From a virus (taxonomy: Duplodnaviria > Caudoviricetes), in the IMG/VR virus record IMGVR_UViG_3300021185_002017: a DNA stretch of 64,000 bases; one strand, given 5' to 3'. This document shows positions 8,807-17,682 of this stretch, piece after piece (the stretch's first letter is position 1; every line of letters starts with the position of its first letter). Position numbers and translations under genes: made by a program. The notes below the pieces were generated by a model. The model was not told where the DNA came from and did not search any database. It worked only from the letters and a program-made list of their open reading frames with translations.

Positions 8807-10095
8807 TATCCTGTTGGCTTCCCTGTTCCAAAGTTTAATCTACTGAATTCCATTCTGTCAACTAGTTTGAGAGCATTACCAATTCTGTCAATAGCAACAA
8901 AACCTTCTCCGCTTGTGGCTTTAAATCCTTCGCCATCGGCTGCAAAAGTTTGTGTGCTTTGTAATTTTCCTAACTTAGCAATAATGGCCAACTTTGCTTT
9001 GATCAACATCATGTATAAATCATACACTGCTGTGATTTCTCCTGCATGTTGTTTAATGAATGTTACAGTCTGAACCATTTTTTCAGTTTTAGCATCTTTA
9101 GTTGCTTGTCTTTTTACTTTGTCAATTTCTTTTGTAGACTTATCAATCCATTTTACAACAAATTCTTTTGCTAAACTTTCAGGGGAGCCAAAGTCTCCTG
9201 CTCTAATCTTATTGTTTACTGTGGCTTTTAGTTGTTGTAAGAAATCTTTGCCCACTAAGTCGTTGCCTTTCTCTAACCAATTAAACACATCTTTACTAAT
9301 TTGCTTAGTGTAAGTGTCAGCGGCTTTGATAGTTGCTAATACTTCTGCTGATTCTTCAGCAGTCATTGTTACTGTACCTGATACATCCTTAATGTTTGCA
9401 TCTGTTTGCCAAACACTAGATGTACTGCCTAATCTATTTGAATCGAATCCAAATGTTGCTGTTGTATCTGCTAGTGTTGGTCCGCCTGCGTACTCTGTGT
9501 GCCACACTATACCTAGCTCAGCACTTAGCATTTGCTGTGCTAGTTCACTGTCCTTTGGTAAAGCATAAGCAAGAGTATTAGGCTTAAAATATATTAAGGC
9601 TTCACCATCGTGATTCATTTCTTTGATGTCACCTTTTTGAAACATCAAGTCGCCTTGTGCAACTGTGTCCCATTTTAATTTGCTTAAATGTTTTAAACAA
9701 TTTTTTAATTTGATTCGTAAACCACTGCCGTCTTTGTCGCCTCTGTCTGCGTGGTACTTGTCGATGTCTTCTTCAGTGAAGTTAAGTTTTGCTTTTCCTG
9801 CAAACACACCTTTAGTACCTACAAAGAATTTGCCAGTTGCTGGATCTTTACCTGCTACGATTGCAGGTGAACCGTCCCACTTAACAGTCATATCAAATGC
9901 ACCTTTTGCGTTACCTTCTAACATTTGATGCAAACTATACAAGTAATCTACTGCTTCTTTGGCTCCTTGATATCCTTTGTTAAAGATATTATCTTCAAGG
10001 TGTTCCATGTGAGTGTTCTTGCCGTCTGCTTCTAACAACAAGCTCTCATTGATTACTCTAGTTACTAGAGGTTTTGATATCTCTATAAAACGCAT
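8806..10095 (-). CDS. Ligase-like (covalent nucleotidyltransferase-motif) protein, resembling the DUF6267 phage family
   Basis: KNTHMEHLED, TVKWDGSPA (KxDG motif I), AQGDLMF, EGFVAID, LKLVDRMEFS. Confidence 0.6.
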   Translation of the reverse strand: MRFIEISKPLVTRVINESLLLEADGKNTHMEHLEDNIFNKGYQGAKEAVDYLYSLHQMLEGNAKGAFDMTVKWDGSPAIVAGKDPATGKFFVGTKGVFAGKAKLNFTEEDIDKYHADRGDKDGSGLRIKLKNCLKHLSKLKWDTVAQGDLMFQKGDIKEMNHDGEALIYFKPNTLAYALPKDSELAQQMLSAELGIVWHTEYAGGPTLADTTATFGFDSNRLGSTSSVWQTDANIKDVSGTVTMTAEESAEVLATIKAADTYTKQISKDVFNWLEKGNDLVGKDFLQQLKATVNNKIRAGDFGSPESLAKEFVVKWIDKSTKEIDKVKRQATKDAKTEKMVQTVTFIKQHAGEITAVYDLYMMLIKAKLAIIAKLGKLQSTQTFAADGEGFKATSGEGFVAIDRIGNALKLVDRMEFSRLNFGTGKPTG

Positions 10096-12960
10096 TTAGA
10101 TGCCTGCTAACTTTTTCATTTCTGACATTTGTACAACATCAGTTGGTATTAGCATAACATGTGATGTTACACTTTCTGAAATTAATACTTCGTATCCTAT
10201 ATCTGCCCAAGTAAGTCCTGCATGTTCTAGTATAGCACACATGTGTTCGTATGCTTCTGCTCTCATGCTTCTTGCCATTTTAACAAAAGTTGCGTATGCT
10301 TGTGGATCTGATTTTGCTAATCCACCTTTCTTCATTACTGGAGCTGCCGCTTGTATAAATTTATCTGCATCGTATCCTTTACTTTTTAGTTCACTTAATT
10401 TAGCAACTAATGCTTTTGCAGATGCTAAGTCACCTTGTAGTGTCTTAGACTGTAACATTTTTAACTCTGCTGTAGTAGGACCTGGTACTGCTTTAGGAGC
10501 ACCTTGTGCTGGCTGTTGTCCTTGTGGTTGTGCTGGCTGTTCACCTGCTTGTGGTTGTGCTGGTTGTCCTGGTTGTGCTGGTTGCTCTGGTGTTCCTGGT
10601 TCCTCTGGTGTTCCTGGTTCTGCTTGTTGTCCGCCACCGGACTTACCAAACATTCCACCAATTGCTGCTCCTACTACGCCTGCTGCTTTCTTTCCTAAAC
10701 TTGCTTTAGGATCTGATCTTGTTTTTTGTGCTAAGCCTGGTGTTTTACCTGATACCCAATCTTTTGCTCTTTGTATTAAACCAGGATTCTTTAATGCAGT
10801 ACCGTCACCGTTTCTGCCATACTTTGCCATTAAGTCTTGTTGCATTGCACCTTGTGCAGATCTACCTTGTGGGTCTTTCCAGCCTGTGCCGTCAAATGTA
10901 AACTTAATGCCATTAATTGTTTCTGACTTGCCTACTTTCAATTCTGGTAAATTTGAATCTTCTGCATCGCCATCTTGTGCTTGTTGTACACCTTTGCCTA
11001 TTGCGCCACTACCACCTGCAGAACCCCCTGTAGGACCGCTTGTAGTGCCCTGTGCGCCTGTTTGTTGTCCTCCGGCACCTTGTGCACCACCTTGAGGTTG
11101 ATCAGGCTGTGTGCCGCCCTGTGGTTGTTCTGGTTGCCCACCCTGTGGTTGTTCTGGTTGTTCTGGTTGTTCTGGTTGTTCTGGTTGTTCTGGTTGTTCA
11201 CCTTGTGGTTGCTCTGGCTGTTCGCCTTCTGGCTCTTCTTCTGGTGCTACTGCTTCTACACCAGCCGCTTTAAATGCCGCATCAACTTCTTCTTTTGTTG
11301 CACCTGCATTCTTTTGCAAGAATTTAGCAACATCATCTGACTCTGTTGGTGATTTAGCCGCTGTATAATCTGCTTGTAATTTCTCAGGATCTATTGCACC
11401 TTGCATACCTGTTATTGCTGCTATCTTATTTGTAAATGCTTTTACTGGAGCACTGTTAAGAATTGGCTTGATAACAGTATTAACTGCGGCAGTACCAACT
11501 GCTTTGGCTGCTTGTCCTACTTTGCCTACTGCTGACTTATATGCACCACCAACTTTTTTAGCAATGCCACCTAAATCTGGTGCTTCGCTCATTGTTTGTT
11601 CTATGTTTTCGATTAATTTATGCTCTTGTAAATGCTCCATGCCTTCGATAATAACTTTATTATCTTTAACATGTTTGTTGTACCATTCCAGCATAACAAA
11701 TACTGCTACTTCTTCACCTACTTGTTCAACTAATGCATCAAAGTCTTCGCCAACTTCTTCTGATAATACATTTTTCCACTCAGGATGTACAAAACTTTGA
11801 GTCAAGTTGTCTGCTACATCACCACCTACTTCGCTTTTTACTGCTCCACCAACTGATGCTGCAATTTGATTTCTAAATTCTCCAGCTTCTGCGGAAAATA
11901 ATCCATCCATGCCGCCGCCATTGGCTGCAACAATTTGATTGTATTCTGCAAATTCTTGTGGATCCATTAGCACACCCATTGATGAACCAAAGCCTTCTGC
12001 CTTCATTACAAGTTTGCCGTCTGTGATTTCAGCACTTCGTGCCATCATAGATTCGTATTTGTCTGCATACTCAGGACCAACATTCATTCTTCCTAAGAGT
12101 TCTTCGGTTGCTGTAGGCTGAGCTGAGAATAATTCATCTGCTAACGCATCTTCATCAGCATTTAGGTTATCGATAAACGAATCAATTTCGTCCATGCTCA
12201 TTCCTGCGTCTTGTCCTGCACTTGCTAAGTCAACTTCTTGAGCTGGGAAAGATGTTGACATTAAGTTTTCATCACCTTCTATTGGTACATCTCCAAATCC
12301 ACTTAGTATATTACCTGCAAGTCCTGCAATAGCACCTTTGGCTGCGCCTACGGCTGCTGTTTTAGCAATGTCTGCTACAGTTCCACCTGCGGCTGCTTTG
12401 ATAGCACTGTCTACTACTGTTCTAAATATTGCTGTTGTTCCTATAATACCAAGTACTGCTGGTCCACCTGCTCCTGCGACACCCATTCCAATAGTGATAA
12501 CTGTCATCATCAAGCCTTTGAATGCTGCAATGTCTTCATCATTTTCAATTGACTGAGCACCTTTTTGGATAGCGGCAACAACTGCTGATGCATTTTTGCC
12601 TGCAGGGTCTGGTAATTTTGCAACCATTACTTTTAATCTTTCAATAGGTACTGCGTTACCTACTTTAGATAGTATTGCTTTAAGTTTGGGATTACCAGTT
12701 ATTTTTGCAAATAATGGTGTTAGTTGAAGTTGAGCTTTCTTTGCTAGTTGAGCAGTGTTTCCACCTTCGCCACGATTAGTAACTAAGCTCTGAAATACAC
12801 CTTGTATTTGCTCTGGCGCAAGTGCTGCCTCGTTGAGTTTAGTTAACTCTCTAACTATTGTATTTAAATCTTCTCTAACAGAAACAGGCAGTTCTTGCCA
12901 GGCTTCGTTTATCTTAATATTTTCTGTTATTAGATCAATATCTTTACGAATTAGATTCAT
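10096..12960 (-). CDS. 954-aa low-complexity probable internal/ejection protein with Q/P/G-rich linkers
   Basis: Hydrophobic Ala/Gly helices (TVITIGMGVAGAGGPAVLGIIG), EQP tandem repeats and several (L/I)xE sites. Confidence 0.7.
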   Translation of the reverse strand: MNLIRKDIDLITENIKINEAWQELPVSVREDLNTIVRELTKLNEAALAPEQIQGVFQSLVTNRGEGGNTAQLAKKAQLQLTPLFAKITGNPKLKAILSKVGNAVPIERLKVMVAKLPDPAGKNASAVVAAIQKGAQSIENDEDIAAFKGLMMTVITIGMGVAGAGGPAVLGIIGTTAIFRTVVDSAIKAAAGGTVADIAKTAAVGAAKGAIAGLAGNILSGFGDVPIEGDENLMSTSFPAQEVDLASAGQDAGMSMDEIDSFIDNLNADEDALADELFSAQPTATEELLGRMNVGPEYADKYESMMARSAEITDGKLVMKAEGFGSSMGVLMDPQEFAEYNQIVAANGGGMDGLFSAEAGEFRNQIAASVGGAVKSEVGGDVADNLTQSFVHPEWKNVLSEEVGEDFDALVEQVGEEVAVFVMLEWYNKHVKDNKVIIEGMEHLQEHKLIENIEQTMSEAPDLGGIAKKVGGAYKSAVGKVGQAAKAVGTAAVNTVIKPILNSAPVKAFTNKIAAITGMQGAIDPEKLQADYTAAKSPTESDDVAKFLQKNAGATKEEVDAAFKAAGVEAVAPEEEPEGEQPEQPQGEQPEQPEQPEQPEQPEQPQGGQPEQPQGGTQPDQPQGGAQGAGGQQTGAQGTTSGPTGGSAGGSGAIGKGVQQAQDGDAEDSNLPELKVGKSETINGIKFTFDGTGWKDPQGRSAQGAMQQDLMAKYGRNGDGTALKNPGLIQRAKDWVSGKTPGLAQKTRSDPKASLGKKAAGVVGAAIGGMFGKSGGGQQAEPGTPEEPGTPEQPAQPGQPAQPQAGEQPAQPQGQQPAQGAPKAVPGPTTAELKMLQSKTLQGDLASAKALVAKLSELKSKGYDADKFIQAAAPVMKKGGLAKSDPQAYATFVKMARSMRAEAYEHMCAILEHAGLTWADIGYEVLISESVTSHVMLIPTDVVQMSEMKKLAGI
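11146..11199. repeat. Six perfect 9-bp tandem repeats (TGGTTGTTC) encoding (EQP)6 on the minus strand
   Basis: Read directly. Degenerate copies extend over about 11114-11225, and a second Q/P-rich block lies at about 10505-10625. Confidence 0.9.
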
Positions 12961-13219
12961 TCTTTTCTTCCCGTTGGCTCTCTTTAATAACTTTTTTTAT
13001 GCCTCGGGAGAATTTGGAAGAATCTTTAGCACGAATGCTATTGACTATACGATTGGTTAAATCCTTTGCTTGATCTTCGCTGTAATGTGCTTCGATTCGT
13101 TCAATTAAATGTATTACACTTTCAATAAGGTGTTCGCCACGGTTTTCAACCGCATGATTTCTGTCTCTGTCTACAGAAATAAGATTTAATTCTTCTATTA
13201 TACTGCGAGTTTTACGCAC
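12944..13219 (-). CDS. Hypothetical late protein, first gene of the internal-protein operon
   Basis: GTG start, AGGAG RBS at 13226-13230 and late promoter at 13248. Confidence 0.7.
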   Translation of the reverse strand: MRKTRSIIEELNLISVDRDRNHAVENRGEHLIESVIHLIERIEAHYSEDQAKDLTNRIVNSIRAKDSSKFSRGIKKVIKESQREEKNESNS

Positions 13220-13247
13220 ATTACGCTCCTGTTAATAGGCTTAACAC

Positions 13248-13255
13248 TATTTATC
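13248..13255 (-). promoter_or_regulatory. Late promoter GATAAATA
   Basis: Exact motif immediately after the helicase stop codon. Confidence 0.75.
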
Positions 13256-13257
13256 AA

Positions 13258-14640
13258 TTAGAAGTCGTCATTCTTGCGTAAAAAGTCGACCATATTAAGT
13301 GCTTGTCCTACTGTGTCCTGTGTTTCAGGTTCATCTGCTTTAATACTACTGTTTCTTTTTAGTTGATCAACTAAACTGTTAGTACTCATTGTTAGAGAAT
13401 CTTCATCACCTTCTTCTAAATCTTCAATTCTTAATGTATCTGTATCAAATTTTAAATCAACTTTGCTACCAACACCTGCACTACTACGAGTTTTCATAAA
13501 TTGTATTTGATATCTACCTCGTTCTCGCATAGCATTACTTGTAAATATACCAATAACATTATCTGCTGTATTAACTTTACTGATACCACCTGCAATATGA
13601 CTGTGATCATATTCTACTTCTTCTACAGCACTTCTTCCTAACTGCGATGCTGTTGCATGTAGTATATCACGCTCTACTGCTAAGTTACGCAACTCTTCAG
13701 ATATGTATTTGTCTTTAACAAACAAGTTTTCTGCTGATATTTTAGCACTAATAGGCATCATTAAATCTAAGTAGTCAACTAATAAACAGTCTATTTTCTC
13801 ACCACATTCAATTTCATATTCTCGTAAAAATACTCTAACATCATTTGCATTTACACCACTTGGCATTTGCTTAACTCTGAGATTACCGGCGCCTTTTGCT
13901 TTCATACGCACTCGCAAATCAACATCGTCAATGTTTTTCATAACATCTCTTGTGCCATAACCACTAACCATTGCATCTAAACGCATACTAATAAGTTGTT
14001 CACTTAGCTCTAAACTGATATAGACTACATTTAGTCCAGCCATTACCCAATTAACTGCTAAGTTCTGTAAGAATAAACTTTTACCACCACCACTTGGAGC
14101 AGCAAATATATTAATCTCGCCTCTGTTCATGCCACCATATAACTTTTGATCAATACCTTTCCAACCTGTGCTAGTTGCACCTGCTTGTTGCTTGATCCAT
14201 TCAAGCCTTTCTTTAGGATTTTCAAAATAATCTAAGCCTAGATCTTTTACAAGACCAGTTTGTACTGCCGCTTTAATTTTATTTTCTACTGTGCCGTAGT
14301 CTTGTTTTTCGAGTAAGTCTGTGCTTTCAATGATTGCTGCTTCAAGTGCCTTGTGTCTACAAAATGTTTCAAACTCACGCAAGAACCAGTTGTGATGATC
14401 TGGTGTTATATTTTCAATTGGAAGTAATTCAACACCTCCTACTGCTTGTATTTGCTCCAGTGTGGGAATAGAATTAAATTCAGTGCTGTGATTTTGTAAT
14501 AATTCAACCGAAGGACGAAACTTTCTATTAAAGTATCCAGGGTCAACAATGTTTTGACATCTTGAGAACAATGTAGGATCACTGATCAAGAACCTCAAAA
14601 ACATTTCCTGTACTTCTTCGTTGTAATCTTTTATATCCAT
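13258..14640 (-). CDS. Replicative DNA helicase (DnaB/T4 gp41-like)
   Basis: Walker A AAPSGGGKS, YISLELS, VDYLDLM, HIAGGISKVNTADNVIGI, KTR. Confidence 0.92.
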   Translation of the reverse strand: MDIKDYNEEVQEMFLRFLISDPTLFSRCQNIVDPGYFNRKFRPSVELLQNHSTEFNSIPTLEQIQAVGGVELLPIENITPDHHNWFLREFETFCRHKALEAAIIESTDLLEKQDYGTVENKIKAAVQTGLVKDLGLDYFENPKERLEWIKQQAGATSTGWKGIDQKLYGGMNRGEINIFAAPSGGGKSLFLQNLAVNWVMAGLNVVYISLELSEQLISMRLDAMVSGYGTRDVMKNIDDVDLRVRMKAKGAGNLRVKQMPSGVNANDVRVFLREYEIECGEKIDCLLVDYLDLMMPISAKISAENLFVKDKYISEELRNLAVERDILHATASQLGRSAVEEVEYDHSHIAGGISKVNTADNVIGIFTSNAMRERGRYQIQFMKTRSSAGVGSKVDLKFDTDTLRIEDLEEGDEDSLTMSTNSLVDQLKRNSSIKADEPETQDTVGQALNMVDFLRKNDDF

Positions 14641-15617
14641 TATAGCATTCTCATCTTTACTTGTGATTTAATCTTATTATTGGTTGCGTATTTAATTATA
14701 CTCGCAACGGTTAAAAGTCTGCCATATTTGGCGACTGCATCTGCGGCATCTTTTACATCAACATGCCAAGGTGGGAAACTTATTTCCCAATTAAGTTCAA
14801 GAGCTTGTTCAATTAGCTCTTTACCTGCTGTATCTCTGTCAGGACATACAATAACTCGTTTACCTAATCTATCAATTAAGTGTGCCTGTTCTGGTGTTAT
14901 GCTGTTACCAAGTATACTAACACCGTCAACAAGTATAGCATCAAACACGCCTTCTGTGACAATTACAATTTCTCGTTCACTGTCAGCAAATGTATCAACA
15001 TTAAACACATATCCTGGTTGTAGTTTATGCAAATACTTTGGTGTTTGCTTGTCTGGTGGGGCAATATGTCTTCCTGTCCAGCCTACAATTTCTCCATTAT
15101 ATGTAAATGGCACAATAACTCTTTTCTTGTTTGCTATATCGTTAAAATGTAGCAAAGGGTATATGCCTAGTAGCCCTCGCTCTCTAGCATATTCTTTTAG
15201 AGCATTGCCATCTGCTAAACTATCAATTGTTTGTACATCTTCTGGCAATTCTACTGTGTCAAACTTGCTTAAATTATAAACATAGTTAGTACCTTCTGAC
15301 TCTTGTAAGTCGTCACTGTACTTTAACATTTCAACTTGCACTGCATGTATGTCACTTGTAGTGGCACCCATTTTCATTGCTAAGTCTTTATACTTCTTAC
15401 CCATGTAAGGATTAGGAGACCAACCTGTTTTGTGTCCACAGTTAAAGCAATTAAAACTAATCTTAGCACCATTAGAAATAACACCTGCACGTTTACGGTT
15501 ATCACTGCACACAGGACAATCAAATGTAGTCCAGCCACTAGGTGTCCTTGTACTACGCACTGGAAGATTGTCTACTAACAATCTATGTATTTGCTCTATT
15601 ACAGAATCCACACTCAT
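14640..15617 (-). CDS. DNA primase (T4 gp61-like; zinc finger plus Toprim)
   Basis: CPVC...CFNC zinc finger, EGVFDA and DRD Toprim motifs. The second ATG (15617) is preferred because the first (15623) abuts the -10 box. Confidence 0.9.
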   Translation of the reverse strand: MSVDSVIEQIHRLLVDNLPVRSTRTPSGWTTFDCPVCSDNRKRAGVISNGAKISFNCFNCGHKTGWSPNPYMGKKYKDLAMKMGATTSDIHAVQVEMLKYSDDLQESEGTNYVYNLSKFDTVELPEDVQTIDSLADGNALKEYARERGLLGIYPLLHFNDIANKKRVIVPFTYNGEIVGWTGRHIAPPDKQTPKYLHKLQPGYVFNVDTFADSEREIVIVTEGVFDAILVDGVSILGNSITPEQAHLIDRLGKRVIVCPDRDTAGKELIEQALELNWEISFPPWHVDVKDAADAVAKYGRLLTVASIIKYATNNKIKSQVKMRML

Positions 15618-15623
15618 AGGCAT

Positions 15624-15652
15624 ATTATAGCAGAGTTAAATATCAAAGTCAA
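15624..15652 (-). promoter_or_regulatory. Sigma70-type promoter TTGACT-N17-TATAAT with extended -10
   Basis: -35 at 15652-15647 and -10 at 15629-15624, preceded by TGC. Confidence 0.85.
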
Positions 15653-15659
15653 ATAGAAT

Positions 15660-16448
15660 TTAGTTTCTAACGTGAATATTGGAAATAGTACTATTGGCAT
15701 CGTCCGGGTAACTTATAACTCTTACCCAGTTGCAATTGACAGAAAATGATTTATGTAGGATATCAGTGGTACCAGAAATGGCTACATTACTTACTACATC
15801 AAACCAATCTGAATGTGCATCGTCGGCATCGGGTGTTGTATGCAAACAACTTGCTTGTATTTTTATATTTCCTGTATAGGTTGAATGATACACTGCTACA
15901 CTGTGTTGGGCATTTTGGAAGTTACTATCCAAGTTACCAAAGAACGCACTCGAAACAAAAACATTGTTTGTTGGTTCTAACATTGTAGTATTAAACTGTG
16001 TAGGGATTGGTTCGAGAACTGCTTGTTCAGATATTTCAATATCTAATGCAACATCATTATTTTGATTTGAATACATTGGTAAGTCTACACCGTTCTCGTT
16101 TGTTCTAGTAATATACATTCTATATAGACCTGGGTTAATATTTTGTAAATCGCCTTCTGTGAGATGTAACTTTACCATTCCTGTGTCGCTAGTAACTTCG
16201 ATTCTTTTAGTGAGTAGTCTAGTTCTAGATGCTGGATTCACAATGTATGCAACAACATCATCTGTGAATACAGGTTGTAGTTTTCTATCGCGGTTTCTAA
16301 TATTAAAGTTGATTGTATTAGTTAACCCTTTGTGTGCTATTAGTGATTTATTGTTCATTGGTTTGTTATCCACATGTAAGTTGTCGGCCTCAATTACGAG
16401 ATCTACTGAATTCTCGTACAAATATAGTCTGTTATTGGCATGATTCAT
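15660..16448 (-). CDS. Hypothetical late virion protein (beta-rich, baseplate/adaptor-like)
   Basis: 262 aa, AGAAAGGT RBS and late promoter upstream. Confidence 0.6.
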   Translation of the reverse strand: MNHANNRLYLYENSVDLVIEADNLHVDNKPMNNKSLIAHKGLTNTINFNIRNRDRKLQPVFTDDVVAYIVNPASRTRLLTKRIEVTSDTGMVKLHLTEGDLQNINPGLYRMYITRTNENGVDLPMYSNQNNDVALDIEISEQAVLEPIPTQFNTTMLEPTNNVFVSSAFFGNLDSNFQNAQHSVAVYHSTYTGNIKIQASCLHTTPDADDAHSDWFDVVSNVAISGTTDILHKSFSVNCNWVRVISYPDDANSTISNIHVRN

Positions 16449-16472
16449 ATAATATATACCTTTCTATTACAG

Positions 16473-16480
16473 TATTTATC
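16473..16480 (-). promoter_or_regulatory. Late promoter GATAAATA
   Basis: Exact motif, back-to-back with a plus-strand variant. Confidence 0.75.
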
Positions 16481-16489
16481 TATTACTAA

Positions 16490-16497
16490 GGTAAATA
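16490..16497 (+). promoter_or_regulatory. Late promoter variant GGTAAATA
   Basis: Lies exactly 5 nt before ATG 16503, the same spacing as the GATAAATA-N5-ATG sites. Confidence 0.6.
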
Positions 16498-16502
16498 TCG
16501 TT

Positions 16503-16874
16503 ATGCAAGAAATTGATCAAGAGCGGTTTCCGTTCATTACTGGAATTACCTATGCTAGTTCCGAGTATTACGGGATAGTAGTTAATTATGATAACACTAT
16601 ACTAACAATGTACGACCTAGCAAAAATGCCAGACTTGGAAACTAGAACTTCGTTTGTTACCATGGGTGAAACTTGGTGGTGGGAATCTAATCGACTATTA
16701 CCAATTGATGTGTTTTTGCATCACGAAATGAAACCTTACCAAAAATACTTAACCACAATGGTTATGAAAGATGTAGACCATATGTTTGGTCCAATGACTA
16801 CCTTACAGAATATGTTAAAGAAGCGTATTAAGAGGAGAGGTATTCAGTTACAAAATGTTAGGCGAACAGACTAA
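16503..16874 (+). CDS. Hypothetical protein
   Basis: Start moved from 16440 to ATG 16503 (MQEIDQERFPF) on the basis of the promoter position. Confidence 0.65.
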   Translation: MQEIDQERFPFITGITYASSEYYGIVVNYDNTILTMYDLAKMPDLETRTSFVTMGETWWWESNRLLPIDVFLHHEMKPYQKYLTTMVMKDVDHMFGPMTTLQNMLKKRIKRRGIQLQNVRRTD

Positions 16875-17440
16875 CCTTCACAAATTCTATTTAACTGTAC
16901 CACAATCGCTGTAGCAAATGCAATAGCATGAGCCTTCTTGAAATAGTATTCACCGGACTCAGGTTTTACCCAAACAGTTTTCTCTATCTCTTCAAAAGAT
17001 TTGCCTTGTAAATGTTTTTTACCTGGACGAATAATAGCAAGTATCATTGCTAGTTCTTCAACACTAGTAGGTTTGTATTCTTGCAATACATTTAAATAAT
17101 TGTTTACATGGTACAACTGAGATACTACTTCGTTGTGTAGCAAAAGTTCCCACAGTGGTTCAGTGTTAAGCAGTTTGTTTAAGTGTGCTTCGTCTTTGAT
17201 ATTTGCATACACACTGTTATTAAGATAGTCAACTTTGAACCAACCCTCTTCTTCTGCTTGTTTGTGATCTATTGTGCTGTATCCTTCTAATGGAAACTTA
17301 GGAATGTTCTGAAAGTAGACACCAGTATTGTGTTTGGTAAACTTACCATCCTTCTCAATACTTGCGGGTGTATGCTTGATAAGGTCGAGAAAGTTATCTC
17401 GATTAGCCATATCAATATCTACATCAAAATTAATCTTCAC
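16871..17440 (-). CDS. Miniature DNA polymerase III alpha (DnaE)-like protein, 189 aa
   Basis: NFDVDID (cf. PDxDxD), KHNTGVYF, FKVDYLN (cf. KxDxLG), LAIIRPG, YYFKKAHAIAFA (cf. YxFNKSH). Confidence 0.8.
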   Translation of the reverse strand: MKINFDVDIDMANRDNFLDLIKHTPASIEKDGKFTKHNTGVYFQNIPKFPLEGYSTIDHKQAEEEGWFKVDYLNNSVYANIKDEAHLNKLLNTEPLWELLLHNEVVSQLYHVNNYLNVLQEYKPTSVEELAMILAIIRPGKKHLQGKSFEEIEKTVWVKPESGEYYFKKAHAIAFATAIVVQLNRICEG

Positions 17441-17681
17441 TGAACAATAAACTCCACTTCATTAGTTTTTCTTTTTTAACTTTTATTCTATCTGCTATTT
17501 GTTTATCACTTACGAGGCCACCATCACGCAAAATTTCGATCATACACATAACATCACCAATTTCTTCTTGTAACTGTTTTGTGTCACATGGCTCGTCAAA
17601 ACGAATCATCTTACTACATGCTTGAATTAGTTCTCCACATTCTTCCATTGTGATTACTAGCATTTCTTCTCTTTTCTTCAT
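17430..17681 (-). CDS. mazG: MazG-like nucleotide pyrophosphohydrolase
   Basis: MEECGELIQACSK and EEIGDV motifs. Start moved to ATG 17681. Confidence 0.8.
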   Translation of the reverse strand: MKKREEMLVITMEECGELIQACSKMIRFDEPCDTKQLQEEIGDVMCMIEILRDGGLVSDKQIADRIKVKKEKLMKWSLLFSED

Positions 17682-17682
17682 A

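Noticed and set aside
11114-11225. Regular short repeats resembling a CRISPR array
   Set aside because: 9-bp in-frame coding tandem repeats with no spacers and no cas genes.
10100-11368. Plus-strand ORFs (331 aa and several Cys- or Val/Leu-rich ORFs)
   Set aside because: Antisense shadows of the Q/P/G repeats in the 954-aa minus-strand gene, with no RBS or promoter.
16366-16374. Perfect DnaA box TTATCCACA
   Set aside because: A single copy inside a coding sequence, which is expected by chance in AT-rich DNA.
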